From contig NW_005434472.1 of assembly GCF_000315625.1 (NCBI RefSeq), forward strand, positions 10,233 to 74,232: a DNA stretch of 64,000 nt, read 5' to 3'. Below, in pieces: positions 16,521 to 27,569 of this stretch. Origin of the DNA: Guillardia theta CCMP2712. Its lineage: Eukaryota > Protista > Cryptophyta. The translations under genes and the position numbers were made by a program. A model generated the notes under the pieces. It was not told where the DNA came from and searched no databases. It was given only the letters and a program-made list of their open reading frames with translations. Every line of letters starts with the position of its first letter. Positions within the stretch are counted from its first letter, which is position 1.

Positions 16521-17685
16521 GCAAGTCTCCACCCCTCCCATACGAGGGGACCCCTCAACCTCCCGAGCTAATCTTTTTGGACCCCTACCCACTCCACTTC
16601 TGCTGCCTCGAAGGACCACCCTCGCTAGCACCAGTCGAATCCATTTCTTTTACTAATTTTTAGTAGTACCCCTGGTATCTACTACCCCTTCCTCCCACCT
16701 TTCTCTGGAGCGTCAGCAACCAAACATTAGGGGTTTTATGGATGACCTTCTGAATAGCGTAGCGTAGTGTGCCCACTTTAGTTAACCTGGAGAAAGGGGT
16801 TAAGATCTAGGTTAAATCCATAGGTGATCCCAGTTCAAGACTCCAGTTATCAATTTGTACCACAACCCACTCTTTTTTTGAACTGTTAGAAATTTGTTCC
16901 ACCGATGCATTCAAGTTCATGAGGTAGACATGCAATGAGGACAGAATGAAGATCGGATTCGCATGCAAAGGTCATGCTACACTTGTATGAGGTTCCAGCA
17001 TCACGTATATTGCATGATTCTCTCATGTGGTATGCCTGATGCAGTCATTCAGAACATCAACAACATGAAACGGTAGTCTTTTATTGCATGAACTTCGTCA
17101 CTTCCAGCGAATGTTCTCGATGTCTGGGTCTTCCATTTAGGATTTGCGGTTCCAATGCACGCTTTCCAATGAGCAATTCACTGGAATCTGCATAGCTTGA
17201 CACACTGATTCTCAGAAAGCAGCGACGTTTGCCCGTTGCAATTTCCGCTTTACCTCTGCTTTTTCTTCAACCTATGTATGTTACTGTGAAAACGTTCTGT
17301 ATGTGGCCATATGTTCTAGTAAACGATGTCATTCAGAATCTCAGAGCCATTGTCCTCATTGAGCACACAACAGGGAAGCAGTCATCATCAAAATATTGCT
17401 GTTTCAGTGATGTTCAACGAGCGACGAGAACCGATTATAAAGAGTCAGGGTACGCTCATGCTTGCATACTTGCACGAGTCTTTTCTGACAGGATGGGTGT
17501 TGACGTCATGTTGTCAGTCAGATGGGGAGGCCAAGGTACACGACAAGGAGGTCGGGCGAGCATGCTCACGCCATGTTAACGCGGTGTGGAACGCGCTGTC
17601 TGGGGGCGGGTCGTCGGCTTTTACCGAGATGTCGAAACGTTGCGATTTAGCTATTCAAACGCTATTCAGGCCCTGAATAGTGACA

Positions 17686-18290
17686 NNNNNNNNNNNNNNN
17701 NNNNNNNNNNNNNNNNNNNNNNNNNNNNNNNNNNNNNNNNNNNNNNNNNNNNNNNNNNNNNNNNNNNNNNNNNNNNNNNNNNNNNNNNNNNNNNNNNNNN
17801 NNNNNNNNNNNNNNNNNNNNNNNNNNNNNNNNNNNNNNNNNNNNNNNNNNNNNNNNNNNNNNNNNNNNNNNNNNNNNNNNNNNNNNNNNNNNNNNNNNNN
17901 NNNNNNNNNNNNNNNNNNNNNNNNNNNNNNNNNNNNNNNNNNNNNNNNNNNNNNNNNNNNNNNNNNNNNNNNNNNNNNNNNNNNNNNNNNNNNNNNNNNN
18001 NNNNNNNNNNNNNNNNNNNNNNNNNNNNNNNNNNNNNNNNNNNNNNNNNNNNNNNNNNNNNNNNNNNNNNNNNNNNNNNNNNNNNNNNNNNNNNNNNNNN
18101 NNNNNNNNNNNNNNNNNNNNNNNNNNNNNNNNNNNNNNNNNNNNNNNNNNNNNNNNNNNNNNNNNNNNNNNNNNNNNNNNNNNNNNNNNNNNNNNNNNNN
18201 NNNNNNNNNNNNNNNNNNNNNNNNNNNNNNNNNNNNNNNNNNNNNNNNNNNNNNNNNNNNNNNNNNNNNNNNNNNNNNNNNNNNNNNNNN
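17686..18290. other. Assembly gap (N run). Other gaps lie at 26466-26565, 30433-30662 and 56684-56783
   Basis: Runs of N. The three later gaps are flanked by AG-rich microsatellites. Confidence 1.
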
Positions 18291-18580
18291 ACCGGGAAGG
18301 GGGTAACAGGAACATGAAGCAGGGGAAGGTGCAGGAGCCAGAGCAGCTGTCAGACCCGGCATCGGGTATGGAGTCTATTGGCAGCAGGTGCCGGTCTTGG
18401 GGTTTTGAGGGGGGAAGAGAGAGCAGGTGTTGTGCTTTTTGCAAGTGATCTCTTTTTCAGCCCCATGGAAAAGGGATACAAACAAACAAGAGCCACCAAT
18501 TGGCAAAGGTAGGAGAACCTTGCAGAGATCGAATTTTGCTGATAATTGTTGGTGAGAAGTTGATTTACTTGTCCATGCAG

Positions 18581-19768
18581 ATGTCACTCAAAGGGAAATG
18601 GAATTCAAACTTCATGGGTGGAACTTCTCTGCCATCAAAGCGCCCATCATTTCATCGCATGATTCCGACAAGTGTGATCCTTGTTTTGTTTCTTGATGGC
18701 ATTTGTGCTGAAACTCGATGAATCACATCAGTTGGACAAGAGAGTTGGATATGACACTGCCTGAAATGTGCTTCAGCAACTCAGTATTACGTATAGGGTG
18801 AGCAAGCATTCCTAATACGCCGTTGATTGAATTTTTTTTCACAGGAACGAGGGCATTGGCATGCAAATAGAATTCAATGCTTATGATGCTTTGAAAACGG
18901 TGCTGCATGATTTTCTTGACACTCCTCGATTGATTTTTCCTAGTGCCCTAGCTCATCAGACTTGCAAGTGAGCGTGTCTGAAAGATGGAAAGCTAAGGCA
19001 CGGGCGAAAGTTCCTGAAGCACACCAGTACGACTGGACGTATAGCACAAACTATAAGTAACCATCTTCATGATACAGCTGTGTTTAAATTCTTGATTCTC
19101 AGGGGGACATTCAAGGATACTCGATCAGGGGAGCTAATCCAAGGAGCTGTTACAGAAAAGCGCATCGATTTCGAAAGCCTCAAGGTGACCATCTTTCACA
19201 TGCACTAGAAGTACATTATTTCAGTGATCTCTATTTACTTTCATGACAATTTAACGCACGTGCCTTTGCTTGCCATATTTGTTTGGGGGCTGTCTTGCTG
19301 TTTTTCACTTGTTGGTCTAGCCTCGTGCAGGAGAGAGTATCTTATGGTCGTCCGATGTTATTTTGTTTGAAGATGAACTTCATGATAATGGTAAAAACAT
19401 TGTTTTCCACTGCTAAGATCTTCAGAGCTTATCTTCATGCAGGAACCAGTCAGCTGACTGTAAGAATTCGAGTTACCAATTCTTATTTTTATGTGTTGCA
19501 ACGTCTCTGGGTGAGGGTTGATGGAGTGATATTTCGTCTAAAAGAGACCCGCCTGCATTTTCGTTTTGGAGACGAGTTTGCGCTACGACAATTCACGGAG
19601 AAATCGTCAGATTATCAAACGATTCTGTCTGGTTGCACCCAGAAGGAATTACGTGAGGGCATAATCAATGAGCCGGATCAACTATCAGGACGGCTAGAGA
19701 TGAAAACCGACGAGACAAAGATATTCTCCTTCATGCCTCACAGTTTGCAAACTCCCGGAAATACTATT
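18581..19768 (+). CDS. TIP41: TIP41/TIPRL domain exons (5' part of a probable TIP41-endosulfine fusion gene; true start lies upstream, ~18314-18500 or in the gap)
   Basis: Spliced translation gives FKLHGWNFSAIKAPII..LDMTLPEMCFSNSVLRI..EFNAYDALK..YDWTYSTNYKGT..RIDFESLK..ILFEDELHDNG|TSQLTVRIRV..LQRLWVRVDGVIFRLKETR. These are the hallmark TIP41 motifs, and all introns are GT-AG. Confidence 0.92.
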
Positions 19769-19842
19769 GTAAGTGATGCCCTTTTTTCTCTTTCTCCCAA
19801 AACTGAACGAAAATTCAAAGTGACAGCCTTTTCAAAATTCAG

Positions 19843-22288
19843 GATCGCCTATTTGAGGGCCAAAGAGAATCAAGAGCTGATACAATTGTATCAGGAGGGG
19901 AGCCTGATATACAACAACTTCAAAGAAACAAAGAAACTCAACATAACGATATAGAAAAAAGCAATAGAATAGCAGAACAACAATTCAAACAAAAATATGG
20001 GAACGCCAAGCCGAACGCGGGGGCGCTGCTTCAGCGGCAGCGGCAGCACGAGACGAGGTATTTCGACTCCGGGGACGCCTTCTCGAAGAAGGGGTCAGGG
20101 CCAGGGAAGGCGGAGGAGAAGCTTGAGCCACTTGCGGTAGTCCAGGGACAGCTAGAGGAGGGGGGAACGGAGGAGGACCAGGAGATCGCTCGGAAGAACG
20201 CGGAGGCTGAGGCTGCGTTCAAGCTGAAGTTTGGGAACGCCAAGCCGAACGCGGGGGCGCTGCTTCAGCGGCAGCGGCAGCACGAGACGAGGTATTTCGA
20301 CTCCGGGGACGCCTTCTCGAAGAAGGGGTCAGGGCCAGGGAAGGCGGAGGAGAAGCTTGAGCCACTTGCGGTAGTCCAGGGACAGCTAGAGGAGGGGGGA
20401 ACGGAGGAGGACCAGGAGATCGCTCGGAAGAACGCGGAGGCTGAGGCTGCGTTCAAGCGGAAGTTTGGGAACGCCAAGCCGAACGCGGGGGCGCTGCTTC
20501 AGCGGCAGCGGCAGCACGAGACGAGGTATTTCGACTCCGGGGACGCCTTCTCGAAGAAGGGGTCGGGGCCAGGGAAGGCGGAGGAGAAGCTTGAGCCACT
20601 TGCGGTAGTCCAGGGACAGCTAGAGGAGGGGGGAACGGAGGAGGACAAGGAGATAGATCGGAAGAAAGCGGAGGCTGAGGCTGCGTTCAAGCGGAAGTTT
20701 GGGAACGCCAAGCCGAACGCGGGGGCGCTGCTTCAGCGGCAGCGGCAGCACGAGACGAGGTATTTCGACTCCGGGGACGCCTTCTCGAAGAAGGGGTCAG
20801 GGCCAGGGAAAGGCGGAGGAGAAGCTTGAGCCACTTGCGGTAGTCCAGGGACAGCTAGAGGAGGGGGGAACGGAGGAGGACCAGGAGATCGCTCGGAAGA
20901 ACGCGGAGGCTGAGGCTGCGTTCAAGCGGAAGTTTGGGAACGCCAAGCCGAACGCGGGGGCGCTGCTTCAGCGGCAGCGGCAGCACGAGACGAGGTATTT
21001 CGACTCCGGGGACGCCTTCTCGAAGAAGGGGTCAGGGCCAGGGAAGGCGGAGGAGAAGCTTGAGCCACTTGCGGTAGTCCAGGGACAGCTAGAGGAGGGG
21101 GGACGAGGAGACCCGGACGAAGTCGCGAACGGTCCGGAAACGAGACCGACTCGGAAGAACGCGGACGCTGAGGCTGCGTTCAAGCGGAAGTTTGGGAACG
21201 CCAAGCCGAACGCGGGGGCGCTGCTTCAGCGGCAGCGGCAGCACGAGACGAGGTATTTCGACTCCGGGGACGCCTTCTCGAAGAAGGGGTCAGGGCCAGG
21301 GAAGGCGGAGGAGAAGCTTGAGCCACTTGCGGTAGTCCAGGGACAGCTAGAGGAGGGGGGAACGGAGGAGGACCAGGAGATCGCTCGGAAGAACGCGGAG
21401 GCTGAGGCTGCGTTCAAGCGGAAGTTTGGGAACGCCAAGCCGAACGCGGGGGCGCTGCTTCAGCGGCAGCGGCAGCACGAGACGAGGTATTTCGACTCCG
21501 GGGACGCCTTCTCGAAGAAGGGGTCGGGGCCAGGGAAGGCGGAGGAGAAGCTTGAGCCACTTGCGGTAGTCCAGGGACAGCTAGAGGAGGGGGGAACGGA
21601 GGAGGACCAGGAGATCGCTCGGAAGAACGCGGAGGCTGAGGCTGCGTTCAAGCGGAAGTTTGGGAACGCCAAGCCGAACGCGGGGGCGCTGCTTCAGCGG
21701 CAGCGGCAGCACGAGACGAGGTATTTCGACTCCGGGGACGCCTTCTCGAAGAAGGGGTCGGGGCCAGGGAAGGCGGAGGAGAAGCTTGAGCCACTTGCGG
21801 TAGTCCAGGGACAGCTAGAGGAGGGGGGAACGGAGGAGGACCAGGAGATCGCTCGGAAGAACGCGGAGGCTGAGGCTGCGTTCAAGCGGAAGTTTGGGAA
21901 CGCCAAGCCGAACGCGGGGGCGCTGCTTCAGCGGCAGCGGCAGCACGAGACGAGGTATTTCGACTCCGGGGACGCCTTCTCGAAGAAGGGGTCAGGGCCA
22001 GGGAAGGCGGAGGAGAAGCTTGAGCCACTTGCGGTAGTCCAGGGACAGCTAGAGGAGGGGGGAACGGAGGAGGACCAGGAGATCGCTCGGAAGAACGCGG
22101 AGGCTGAGGCTGCGTTCAAGCGGAAGTTTGGGAACGCCAAGCCGAACGCGGGGGCGCTGCTTCAGCGGCAGCGGCAGCACGAGACGAGGTATTTCGACTC
22201 CGGGGACGCCTTCTCGAAGAAGGGGTCAGGGCCAGGGAAGGCGGAGGAGAAGCTTGAACCCGTTTCAGTTTTTCGTGATTTCTCGTAA
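19843..22288 (+). CDS. Terminal exon encoding 10 tandem endosulfine/ARPP19-like units (1-nt frameshift at ~20810)
   Basis: The frame is open from the acceptor at 19842 (DRLFEG..AEQQFKQKYGNAKP..) into repeats AAFKRKFGNAKPNAGALLQRQRQHETRYFDSGDAFSKK. This matches the endosulfine core (K-Y/F-G..LL...YFDSGD). Confidence 0.85.
19999..22260 (+). repeat. 234-bp coding tandem repeat, ~10 copies
   Basis: The 234-nt period is visible in antisense ORF coordinates 20031, 20265, 20499, 20968, 21226, 21460, 21694, 21928 and 22162. One unit carries a net +24-nt variant segment. Confidence 0.97.
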
Positions 22289-22725
22289 TTTGATGACTGT
22301 TTCTGCTTATGTTTACGATAGTTTCGTTGGTTTTTTGTTTCGTTGTAGTTGTTTATTTGTTTTAGCAAATTCTTTTTGGTACTTTTTGTTTCATATGGCA
22401 TTGTTTCTGTCTTCTTTGATTTTTCAAGCGCGGATCAGGGAGGCATTGGGAAGCCAACGAGGTTCTCAATAGTAGGTGAAGGATCGTGATGAGACGGGAT
22501 AGTAATGCATGGCCTGGGGACTCTTGGCTTCGGAGTAGGACGAAGTCCTGTAGCCTGACGGCATCATGGGATATCTAACGGAACTAGTCAGCTAACTGGG
22601 ATCACGCAGAAGCTGTCGTACTGATAGACTGGCGTCATCGCTCCTGAGCCCGGGTACCCGTAGGAAGCTTGCGAGTAGTTTGGCATGTATGCGTTCACGA
22701 CCTGGAAGAGCACCTCATCATGAAC

Positions 22726-25096
22726 TCAACCACCACCGTGACATGGCAGCGACCTGGATCGTGGGGACAGACGGCTGGTTCCTCGAGTTGGACCAAGCAG
22801 CATGTGACACAGGCATGTTTCTTGAAGGGTCGCCCGAGAGCAAGTGCGGGCCCTGTAACAAGAGCGCAAGTCATCGCCTGTCTGAGGCTGAAGCACGGTC
22901 CTTCTTACAGCTGAAGGGACGGGCGGTTGTTGCATTGGCGGTGGAGAACCTCGGCGAGAAGGAGCGAGTGAAGGGACGACACTTCCGTGGTTTGAGGGGA
23001 TCAAAGCTGGGTACCTGCGACGTCGATCACTTTCCTCATGACAAGAACAGTGATGGAAGTACATCTGCTGCATCGGGGTCAGCATGACCAGCGATTCTTT
23101 GCGATTCTGAACAAGTTGAGGCTGCTGAGATGAGATCGGATGTTGTAACTGTATGTGCTGCTGATGCTGCTGCTGCTGCTGCTGCTGCTGCCGCGAAATC
23201 ATCTCGTTTCTTTGTGCCATGTATCTCTGGTGAGCTTCGACTGCCTTGTGCTGTTGAATCACCTCAAGATGTTGCAAGTATGCCTGCGAATGCTGCACAA
23301 CACGATCATGCACATAGTGTGCAAGCATGCAACATCAACCTGCTGCTGTTGTTGATTGCGAGGATGAGCAACGTTCTGTGCCACCTGAAGATTTCCTGGA
23401 GACTTTGGATTCATCGGTGGGGACCCAACTGGAGCAGGTTGTTGCGTCGGCTGCTGAGCATGCAGCATATGCTGCTGCTGAGGGACTGGACCATTCGAGA
23501 ACCGCGGAACTTGTTTCGCAGCCGATGGCCATTGCGGGACGTAGACGTTGCCTCGAGTGGTGGGGGTGTTGGAACCTGATTGAGACACTGACCGTATGCC
23601 GCTGCGGAATTGACCTGGGGACAAGAGTCAGGGAGTTGAAGGTGGGGGAGGAGGAGAAATAATACTTAGGCTGATGTTTGATCTTGTGGGGGTTGCATAT
23701 CCTGATCTCGCATAGACGGATGGAGCGTTGCCGTACTCCCTCGCGTTCCGTGGTTGCTGAGAGCACAGTGAGGATTCAGCAGAGCAGCGCAGAGAACAAG
23801 TTCACGTTGGCGTTGAAATTCTGCGGGGTCGAGTTGAAATTCTGCGGCGTGGCGTTGAAGTTCTGCGATGCAGAGTTGAAGTTCTGCGATGCAGAGTTGA
23901 AGTTCTGCGGTGTGGAATTGAAGTTTTGTTGTGCAGCGAATTCAGATGTCCTCCCATAGACCTGGTTGACCGTGGGCTCGTGGATCTGCGCAAGCAACCT
24001 CTCAGTCGCAAGTCAGAGCCTCGCATGCCCTCACGTAGTTGCGGTAGGGCAGGTGCTCCTGCTCGGGGTAGTCGTGCCTCCCGTGGTGATCGAAGTAGGG
24101 GAGCGGCTTCAGCGAGTCCATGTTGAGCTCTTGCGCTCGCTCAAGGTTTGACACGTTGTCTCTCATCGGCGGCTCCGGGGCGTTGGAGGCGAACCCGAGG
24201 GGCTTCCGCAGGTTGTCAGGAGGAGGGTGGAAGTCCGAGAGCTCAGGGTATGGTCTCATCTGCTGCAGCTTGCATCAGCTACGGCAGCGTCATCGCAGAC
24301 GCCTCACGTCCTTCTCCCTCCTCAGGTCCTCCGACTTGACGATCGGTGAGAACGAGTTCATGTCCCCAAGCTTCAGCTCGTCCTGCGGTCCAGAGGGTCA
24401 GACGGGGGCGCCGGCATCGAGGCGTCTGCTCCCACCAGCGCCTTCACTTCTCTCGGGGAGGTGGTGCGAGTGGAGCTGTGGGAGATCGGACGGGAGTTGA
24501 GGCCGAGCCCGCGGTTGCGGAAGAGAGGAGTTCTCGTGTGGGATTTGTTCGCGTCCACCTGATGGGTCAGGGTGAGTTTTCAGCTTGCAGGGCACGAGAG
24601 TTCAGCGGCGTACGAGATGAAGGATCTCATCGCACTCTTCGCAGGTGTTGCGCCTACACTCCTGGAAAGCAACCGATGGTTCAGAGAAAAGATCTCTCTC
24701 CTCCTCCACGTTGAATCGCGATCCAGCTTCCGTTATGCCTCTTCCTCACAGACGAGAGCAAATCACAAGGCCACGTCACTTTGGGCCATGAAGATCTCGC
24801 CATGTAGATCTTACGCTGCACCATCTCGCTTCCCTCCCTCCATGACTCGACACCTTCCCATTCACTCTCCCCGCTCTTGTCGCTTTGCTCCTCTCTCTCA
24901 AAATCCCTGTGCCTCTTCCATGTTCTCCTCCTTCTTCCTCCATTCCCCTCCTCTTCCTCTCCCGCTCCTCTGCGCTCTTCCCTCCTCCCCTCCCCCTTCC
25001 TTCAGGCTTCGTCATCCTCTTCCTCACCTGGCATTGGATGGTCGCGTTTGTGTCATCGCAGACTTCGCACTTCAGCTGCTCGCCCATGCCGCTCAT
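22726..25096 (-). CDS. B-box zinc finger protein with a Q/N-rich low-complexity tail (3' end uncertain)
   Basis: Spliced MSGMGEQLKCEVCDDTNATIQCQ|ECRRNTCEECDEILHL|..DANKSHTRTP gives B-box Cys/His spacing. Downstream exons contain polyQ and (QNFNxxx)6. Confidence 0.8.
23803..23930 (-). repeat. 21-bp coding minisatellite encoding QNFN-S/A-x-x, six copies
   Basis: GTTGAA(A/G)TT(C/T)TG recurs every 21 nt on the + strand. Confidence 0.85.
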
Positions 25097-25662
25097 GGTG
25101 CTTCGGCCTGGCCTCAATGTCACCTACCCCTACCCCTACCAACTATACCACCTACCTGCAATATTGTAACCCCACCCCTGGGTGTGGCACCCATAGCGCC
25201 TCAATCGCCACCCCCATCTTGCACCGCTCCAGCACCCCTGCCAAATGCATCCACCCCCGTATAACAGAGGACCCCACCCTTGCATCTCCTCACCCTACCC
25301 CGTGATAGTGCCCTACAACGGTAGGCTCGCACTCAGAGTAACGGACTCTGACGGAGCCTCTAGCATATGAGAAGGGAGGGAGTCAAGGGTGGGTGGGTCC
25401 TGAGAGACCGGGGGGTGGGATGCGGCACAAGGCCCTAAAGGTGACCGGTCAGACAAGTGGCACCACCCTCGGGTTGCAGGGTACAAGTACGGTACTACCG
25501 TACGGTAGTCATTCCGAGTCATATCGATGATGGTATGGGGGTGGGGTGGGGGGTACTATTACAGGGATCGCGGGTGGGGCCGGGGGTGTAGGGAATGGAG
25601 GGGTGGGGGTTTGCAACGGCAATCTTCTGTCCAGTTTATCCTCAGAGCCGCTCAGTAACCGG

Positions 25663-25841
25663 GTGATGACAGGAAGATGGTCCTGAGTCACTGAGTCAAC
25701 TTGCGCACTGCCGGCCCGGCACCGTGACTGCACCCGACGGTTGCCACATGAAACTGTTGAACTTGTGTCGGAAGGTGCACGGTGCCGGGCCGGCAGTGCG
25801 CAAGTTGACTCAGTGACTCAGGACCATCTTCCTGTCATCAC
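25663..25841. repeat. Perfect 64-bp inverted repeat with a 51-nt loop
   Basis: 25663-25726 (GTGATGACAGG..GGCACCGTG) is the exact reverse complement of 25778-25841. Confidence 0.92.
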
Positions 25842-26921
25842 TGAACTGAAACTTTCAAGCTCACTCAGTGAGCCGGCGCCCATGTCACTGAGTCGCCCCG
25901 CAGGCTCGGAGCCGTACAACTGAGCGGCTACGCGGCCCGGCCTCAGACTGGCGGGAGTCAGTCGTGGCGGGAGTCAGTCGCGGCTGATCGGATCAACTGA
26001 GTCGGAACTTTCAAAGGCACTGAAGGGAGGGGGATCAAGATTGGACGGTCTGGCATTGACCGTACGGCCCGGACAGTATGGGAGGAGTTGGAGCAGGGGG
26101 ACAGGCTCTGGCACTCAGGGGAGACGAGAGACTTGTCACGTGAAGGGTCCGAGTCCGCCGCTCAGCCGCTCCATAGCCGCTGGCCTTCCCGAGTGTTTCC
26201 ATGTAGCATGCAGCATCAGACTTCTTTTACACAGGGCTCTTCGATCTCCCTTGCACCCGGCCTAGTCACTCGTGACGCATGACGAGCTCAGCAACGTCCC
26301 AGCTTGCCCTTCACGCATCCCACAAGATCAGGTTGGATGCGCACGAGGAAAAGGGGGAGGGAGGGAGGGAGGAAGAGAGAGCGAAAGAGGGAGAGAAAGG
26401 GAGAGAGAGCGGGAGGGAGGGAGAGTGAAAGAAGGAGACTCAGAGAGGGAGAGGGAGAGGGAGAGNNNNNNNNNNNNNNNNNNNNNNNNNNNNNNNNNNN
26501 NNNNNNNNNNNNNNNNNNNNNNNNNNNNNNNNNNNNNNNNNNNNNNNNNNNNNNNNNNNNNNNNNAATCGCCCGCATCGGGGAGAGCATTGACAACTCCT
26601 CCATGCCGTCACTCCATTCACAGTACTCGGATATCCTCTGCCTCTCTCCCATCATGTCCCTGGCTCACGAGGAGCAGAACACGGAATCTCAGATAGGATT
26701 TCATCCCTCTTGTGTCGTAGTCAGCGTCAGCTCACTCAGGTAAGTACAGAAGACTTCAATCCCCTTCCTCCAGCAGCAACTCCCGACCGTCCTGCTCCTC
26801 ATGCTCCTCACGGTCCTCATGCTCCTTGTCTTTCACTCAAAGTACCATTCAGAGGGAGGGAGTTGGTTGGGAAGGTGGGGGGGGGGGGGGGGATAGAAAG
26901 AGAGAGAGAGGCGGAACAGCT

Positions 26922-27569
26922 CTACCTGCTGGGAATGCTTGCTCCAACGTCACCGACAAGTGCTCCTTCAGCACAAGCAGCTTTGCCTGGTGCCGATACT
27001 CTCAGTGACGAGCAGGTGCCCGATCGCCTCGCAGCCTTACCTGCAGCTCATGCAGCGGGAGGGTCTTGTCGCTCATCAGCGACAGAAGGAGTCCCGGCAG
27101 AACCTGGAAGCAGGACGTCATGGCGGCGGGGGGGGGCTGGCAGGACGACGCACCTGCGTGACGATGGTCCTCCCCTCTTGACAGTCGACGTAGAGAAAGT
27201 TCAGTCTCGGGCCACGCTGTCCGGGGACAGTCAAGTCATGGCGTCAAGCGCAGGTCCAGACCTTGGTATCGCTCTGACTGTATGTTGCCCATGCGTTCGC
27301 TATCACCTGGAGACAGAAACTCAGTGGTTCACTGCTGGGGCAAAGATTCATCGGGAAGCAGCGATACCGACGCAGTAAGCTCCTCTCCGCTGAACGACCC
27401 TGTGTAGGACAAGAGAGACCCGCCGGTTGTGAGTAACCTGCTCGACAGACAGCACCTTCAGCCCTTGTCATGAGCGGAACACACAAACAACTGACATGGC
27501 GGACCCAGGCAACGCCACTGACGTGAGAGTCTGAGAAAGGACTTCTGGTTTAATGACGGCTGCTGGCAT
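26922..27569 (-). CDS. LAMTOR2: Ragulator subunit LAMTOR2 (roadblock domain; 3' end approximate)
   Basis: Spliced MPAAVIKPEVLSQTL..VIANAWATYSQSDTK|..LNFLYVDCQEGRTIVTQ|VLPGLLLSLMSDKTLPLHELQ|AKLLVLKEHL follows the LAMTOR2 pattern (MLRPKALTQVL..ASNIWAAY..LKFILMDCMEGRVAITRVANLLL..KAKAQAL). Confidence 0.8.

Larger units (their letters stand above)
15933..16578. repeat. ~205-bp inverted duplication (arms ~15933-16139 and ~16373-16578), each arm carrying a tRNA-Glu gene
   Basis: The arms are reverse complements with about 3 visible mismatches, all in the 3' trailer. The spacer is ~230 bp. Confidence 0.9.

Noticed and set aside
16860-17685. Possible transposon or pseudogene fragment before the gap
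   Set aside because: No transposase, reverse transcriptase or recombinase motif and no terminal repeat could be identified.
17586-18444. ORFs containing long X runs (also near 26300-26700, 29900-30860 and 56200-56970)
   Set aside because: Artefacts of N gaps and flanking microsatellites.
19999-22260. Regular repeat array as CRISPR or non-coding satellite
   Set aside because: There are no unique spacers, the 234-nt period is a multiple of 3, it encodes a known protein motif, and the context is eukaryotic.
20031-22401. Series of 70-aa minus-strand ORFs (MAFPNFRLNAA..)
   Set aside because: Antisense by-products of the endosulfine repeat.
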